From Chloroflexota bacterium (lineage in GTDB: Bacteria > Chloroflexota > Limnocylindria > Limnocylindrales > CSP1-4): DNA of 54,317 nucleotides. The notes under the pieces were generated by a model. It made no database searches, was not told the DNA's origin, and saw only the letters and a list, made by a program, of their open reading frames with translations. The stretch lies in contig JANMQO010000043.1 in the NCBI GenBank assembly GCA_031370565.1, forward strand, positions 1 through 54,317, read 5' to 3'. Shown here piece after piece: positions 50,911 to 54,317 of the stretch; the first letter of the stretch is position 1; each line of letters opens with the position of its first letter. The translations under genes and the position numbers were made by a program.

Positions 50911-53070
50911 TCAGGCGGCCCCGACGGCATCCGGAAGGCGGACCGCGCCTCGGTCCAGGATCGCGGCGATGTCGGCCACCAGCGCCACGCGCCCGTCGGC
51001 CATGATCGTCGCGCCGGCGACGCCGTGCAGCGCCCCCGCGAACCGACCCATCGCCTTGAGCACGATCTCCTGCTGCCCGACGAACTCGTCAACGGCCAGG
51101 GCGAGTTCCTGCTGGCGCGACCGGACCACGACCAGGTTGATCGCACCGTTGACGCCCGGGCCGAGCGGCCGGCGAGGGTCGCCCAGCGCGTTGTCGAGCA
51201 CCTCGACGGGCACGATCCGGCCGCGCAGGGTGATGACATGGTGGCCACGAATGGTGGAGATGGCCTCGCGCTCGATCCGCAGCGTCTCGACCACGCCGGT
51301 CAAAGGCAACGCACAGACCCGACCGCCGGAGCGCACCAGCAGGGCACCCACGATGGCCAGCGTCAAGGGCAGCGACAGCTCGAAGCGGGAACCCCGGCCC
51401 AGCGTGCTGGCCACTTCGACCCGACCGCCGAGCCGCTCGATGTTGGTCCGGACGACATCCATCCCGACGCCCCGTCCGGACACGTCCGTGACGCGGGCCG
51501 CGGTGGAGAAGCCAGGGGCAAAGATGAGCAGCAGCGCGTCTGCGTCGCTCATCGAAGCTGCGGCTTCTGCTGAAAGCACGCCCTTGGCCACTGCCGACTC
51601 GCGCAGCTGGCGCGGATCCATGCCGCGCCCGTCGTCCTCCACGATGATGACGATCTGGCCGTCGGCGTGGCGGGCGATGAGCCGGATCGTGCCTTCGCGC
51701 GGCTTGCCTGCGGCGACCCGCTCCTCGGGCGGCTCGATCCCGTGGTCGAGCGCGTTCCGGACCAGGTGGCCGAGTGGGTCACCGACCTCCTCGAGCACAG
51801 ACCGGTCAAGTTCCGTGTCCTTGCCCTCGATCTGCAGCGCGATCTCCTTGCCCAGTCGGCTGGAGATATCGCGAATGACCCTGGGGAAGCGGTTGAACAC
51901 ACTCTCGATCGGCAGCATCCGAAGGCCGGTGACCTGATCCTGGAGCTGACTGGCGATCCGGGCGAACTGCTGGGAACCTTCTTCGGCGTCCCGCGCCAGC
52001 AGGTCGTCGCCCAGGCGCATCATGAGTTCGTGGGCGTGGCGCTGCAGGCGCGTCTTCTGGACGACCAGCTCGCCGACCAGGTTCATCAGCTCGTCGAGCC
52101 TGGCCACGTCGATCCGGATCGTCTGCTGAGCGGTTTTGAGCCGCTCGCCGGCCACGCCGCGGCGATCGTCCGGCGGCAGGCCGCGACCCTCGGGCCCCAG
52201 GTCAACCTCACGCCGCTCGATCCCGAGGTGCCCGGCTTCATCGCCGGCTGCTGGGCCAGAACCGCCGTCGAGCGGAGGCAGCACCTCGATGCCGGACACC
52301 TCCTCGACGCCACGCAGACCGGTCAGCAGGACATCCAGGCTATCTGCCTCGCCCCGCACGAGCAGGTGCAGATCTCCGTCCTGGAGGCCCGCCTCGATCT
52401 CCTCGCGCGAAGGAACGCAGGCCAGCAGGCGACCGCTGGCGTCGGCCTCAACCAGAACCTGGAAGAGCCGGACGCCGCGCCAGGCGGACGTTGGCTCGAT
52501 CTGGCAACGGAGCACGGACGTTGGCTCGGCGCCGGCCGGCGCCTCCAGGCGCAGACGCTCGATGGCGACTCGATCGGCCGACGACAGCCCGCCAGACGCC
52601 AGACTTGCGGTGCCGGTGTCAGCGGCGACGGCGGCCGTCGAGGCCAGGCTGCCAGGCGCGTCAGCGTTCGTCATCGCCTGCTCGTAGGCGGCCCGCAGCT
52701 CGAGCGTGAGTGGCTCGGAGGCGGTCGTCAGGATCTCGCCCGCGGTGACCTCCTCGACCAGGGCGCGGAGGACGTCGACGGTCGACAGGAGCAGGTCGGC
52801 GAACCTGGACAGGTCGGTCAAACGCCCGTCGCGGAGCGCCCCGAAAATGTCCTCCATGGCGTGGGTCAGCGCGGCCATCCGGGTGTGCCGGATGGTGGCG
52901 GCTGAGCCCTTCAGCGTGTGCGCCGCGCGGAACACCTCGTTGACCAGGGTGGAGTCCGCGCTGCCGCGTTCCAGGACGAGCAGGCCACCCTCGATCCGCT
53001 CGATCTGCTCGAGCGCCTCGTCCGTATACAGTCGGTCGTCGCCGGGCTGGAGGTCGAATTCGAGTGGCAT
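50911..53070 (-). CDS. cheA: Chemotaxis histidine kinase CheA
   Basis: Hpt (FRAAHTLKGSAATI), HATPase (HLVRNALDHGIE ... DDGRGMD ... GRGVGMDVV), and a C-terminal CheW-like domain. ATG at 53070 forms an ATGA overlap with the cheX stop. Confidence 0.95.
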   Translation of the reverse strand: MPLEFDLQPGDDRLYTDEALEQIERIEGGLLVLERGSADSTLVNEVFRAAHTLKGSAATIRHTRMAALTHAMEDIFGALRDGRLTDLSRFADLLLSTVDVLRALVEEVTAGEILTTASEPLTLELRAAYEQAMTNADAPGSLASTAAVAADTGTASLASGGLSSADRVAIERLRLEAPAGAEPTSVLRCQIEPTSAWRGVRLFQVLVEADASGRLLACVPSREEIEAGLQDGDLHLLVRGEADSLDVLLTGLRGVEEVSGIEVLPPLDGGSGPAAGDEAGHLGIERREVDLGPEGRGLPPDDRRGVAGERLKTAQQTIRIDVARLDELMNLVGELVVQKTRLQRHAHELMMRLGDDLLARDAEEGSQQFARIASQLQDQVTGLRMLPIESVFNRFPRVIRDISSRLGKEIALQIEGKDTELDRSVLEEVGDPLGHLVRNALDHGIEPPEERVAAGKPREGTIRLIARHADGQIVIIVEDDGRGMDPRQLRESAVAKGVLSAEAAASMSDADALLLIFAPGFSTAARVTDVSGRGVGMDVVRTNIERLGGRVEVASTLGRGSRFELSLPLTLAIVGALLVRSGGRVCALPLTGVVETLRIEREAISTIRGHHVITLRGRIVPVEVLDNALGDPRRPLGPGVNGAINLVVVRSRQQELALAVDEFVGQQEIVLKAMGRFAGALHGVAGATIMADGRVALVADIAAILDRGAVRLPDAVGAA

Positions 53071-53546
53071 CAGGCGGCTTCGCGCAGGGCGACGTGCAGG
53101 CGGACGATGCCCGATGGTGTGTCGAGCGGAACGACCAAGCGCTGCAGCTCCATGCTCGATAGCCGCGCCCCCGAGCCGACGACGAGCAACGGCGGGGTGA
53201 TGTCGATCCGATGGCCCATCTCCGACAGCGAGACGCCGGCGGTGCCGGCCACCACATTGGCCAGCTCGGCGATCCCGCTCTGCGCGAGATCGTCGAAGAT
53301 GGGCATCTCCTGACCGAGCATCGTCGAGACGATGCTCAGCGCGGTCCGCTCGGTCATCGACAGGTAGATCGAACCCGCGAATGCGCCTGACACACCGACG
53401 ACGACGGTGATCTCCTCGCTGGTGTACGGATTGGCTTCCAGTTCCAGGCCGCTGCGGGTGACGGTCGCGCCGAGCTCCTTGGACAGCACGTTGGCCCCGG
53501 CGGCCACGAACTGGTTGATGATCTGAACCTTGGCCGGACCGCCCAT
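53070..53546 (-). CDS. cheX: CheX/CheC-family CheY-P phosphatase
   Basis: 158 aa with a CheX-like pattern (..TVVVGVSGAFAGSIYLSM.. ..IAELANVVAGTA..). Position between cheW and cheA. Confidence 0.75.
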   Translation of the reverse strand: MGGPAKVQIINQFVAAGANVLSKELGATVTRSGLELEANPYTSEEITVVVGVSGAFAGSIYLSMTERTALSIVSTMLGQEMPIFDDLAQSGIAELANVVAGTAGVSLSEMGHRIDITPPLLVVGSGARLSSMELQRLVVPLDTPSGIVRLHVALREAA

Positions 53547-53551
53547 CGGGG

Positions 53552-54004
53552 CTATGCCGCAGCCGCGAGGGCGGCCGCTTCGTCGCTGCCGAACAGGCCA
53601 TCGAGGCTGAGCAGGATGATCAGCCGATCGCCCAGCTTGGCAATCCCGCGCAGGTACTCGTGATCTGCGTTGGCCGCCACCTCGGGTGTCGGCTCGATCG
53701 CGTCGGTGGGGACCATGAGGACCTCCGACACGCCGTCGACGACGAGGCCGACCCGGGTGCCGCCGGCATCGGCGACGACGATCCGACTGGCCTTGGTCAG
53801 CTCACCGTCGGCCATCGCGAAGCGCTCGCGCAGGTCGACCACGGGGATGATCCGGCCGCGCAGGTTGATGACGCCCTCGACGAAGGCCGGCGCCTGGGGC
53901 ACCGCGGTGATCGGCTGGTGCCGGATGATCTCGTACACGGTCGCGATGTCGAGCCCATAGCGCTCCGCGCCGAGTTCGAACACGACGATCTGGATCTCGC
54001 TCAT
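53552..54004 (-). CDS. cheW: Chemotaxis coupling protein CheW
   Basis: IVVFELGAERYGLDIATVYEIIR ... GVINLRGRIIPVVDLR ... GLVVDGVSEV. ATG at 54004 is preceded by GGAGG. Confidence 0.9.
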   Translation of the reverse strand: MSEIQIVVFELGAERYGLDIATVYEIIRHQPITAVPQAPAFVEGVINLRGRIIPVVDLRERFAMADGELTKASRIVVADAGGTRVGLVVDGVSEVLMVPTDAIEPTPEVAANADHEYLRGIAKLGDRLIILLSLDGLFGSDEAAALAAAA

Positions 54005-54104
54005 GGTCTTTGCCTCCGAGGGCGGCGTTGCCCGCCTGGCTGGATCGAGTCGGCGACGAGCGGGTGCCCGCCGCCGACTCTGGATTGGACGTTCTGGCTG
54101 GTCG

Positions 54105-54317
54105 TCAGGCGGCACGCCAGTCGGAGGTGCGCCGACGCTGGACGAGGCCAGCCGGCTGGGCCGCGTTGCCCGCGCCCGCACCGTCGACCCGGAAACGGGC
54201 GACGAGCGAGTCGAGCTGATCGGCCATCTGGCTCAGGGACTGGGCCGAGGCGACGACCTCTTCGGCCTGGGCGCTCATCTCCTCGGTCGCGGCACTGACC
54301 TCCTGGGCAGCGGCGCT
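54105..54317 (-). CDS. Methyl-accepting chemotaxis protein, C-terminal end only (5' part lies outside the window)
   Basis: My own translation of the reverse strand gives SAAAQEVSAATEEMSAQAEEVVASAQSLSQMADQLDSLVARFRV..., the conserved MCP signalling-domain C-terminus. The stop TGA is at 54105-54107. This ORF is absent from the ORF track because it has no start codon within the window. Confidence 0.8.
   Translation of the reverse strand, partial: SAAAQEVSAATEEMSAQAEEVVASAQSLSQMADQLDSLVARFRVDGAGAGNAAQPAGLVQRRRTSDWRAA

Noticed and set aside
50911-53601. 896-aa ORF suggesting a larger CheA with an N-terminal extension.
   Set aside because: The extension overlaps the well-supported cheX gene in another frame and is low complexity. 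The Hpt domain begins right after the ATG at 53070, which forms an ATGA overlap with the cheX stop.

Overview
Very GC-rich bacterial chromosomal window. Gene content and order (MmpL/TetR, DevRS-like pair, DesA-type desaturase, Bacillus-like late flagellar gene order with fliW-csrA) suggest a motile high-GC Terrabacteria lineage such as deep-branching Actinomycetota or Chloroflexota; this is inference only.

Layout:
- 1-26.2 kb: housekeeping, metabolic and regulatory genes. These include TetR+MMPL, an RR-HD-GYP protein, an ArsR-DsrE-TusA-DsrE-TusA-SQR sulfur operon, NlpC/P60, a DevS/DevR-like two-component pair, a two-domain multicopper oxidase plus USP, a GabT/CoA-transferase/aldehyde dehydrogenase cluster, FabI, a Fur plus NiCoT-like operon, and an acyl-ACP desaturase.
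- 26.3-47.9 kb: one tightly packed plus-strand flagellar block. Order is LuxR-type regulator, flbD, motAB, fliLMN(Y)OPQR, flhBA, small unknown, fliA, rod gene, flgMN, flgKL, fliW, csrA, glycosyltransferase, fliC, fliS, unknown, fliD. Many junctions are ATGA/GTGA start-stop overlaps.
- 47.9-54.3 kb: chemotaxis and signalling genes. These are a DHp-only kinase fragment, a receiver, cheR, an HD-GYP protein, cheA, cheX, cheW and the 3' end of an MCP.

I recognised no rRNA, tRNA, CRISPR array, transposase, integrase or known defence system, and I see no clear novel multi-gene system.

The best leads are local oddities:
- A Tat/lipobox signal cut from its multicopper oxidase by an in-frame TGA at the expected lipobox cysteine.
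- A 540-bp intergenic region built from three tandem-repeat families around a 20-nt inverted repeat.
- An identical GCTCAAG-N16-CCGA element upstream of both fliC and an HD-GYP gene.
- A Lys-rich small membrane protein where flhF/flhG normally sit.
- A doubly ATGA-coupled 25-codon ORF before flgM.
- A receiver followed by a DHp-only histidine kinase.

All product calls rest on motif and family recall from the translated ORFs. No database search was possible.
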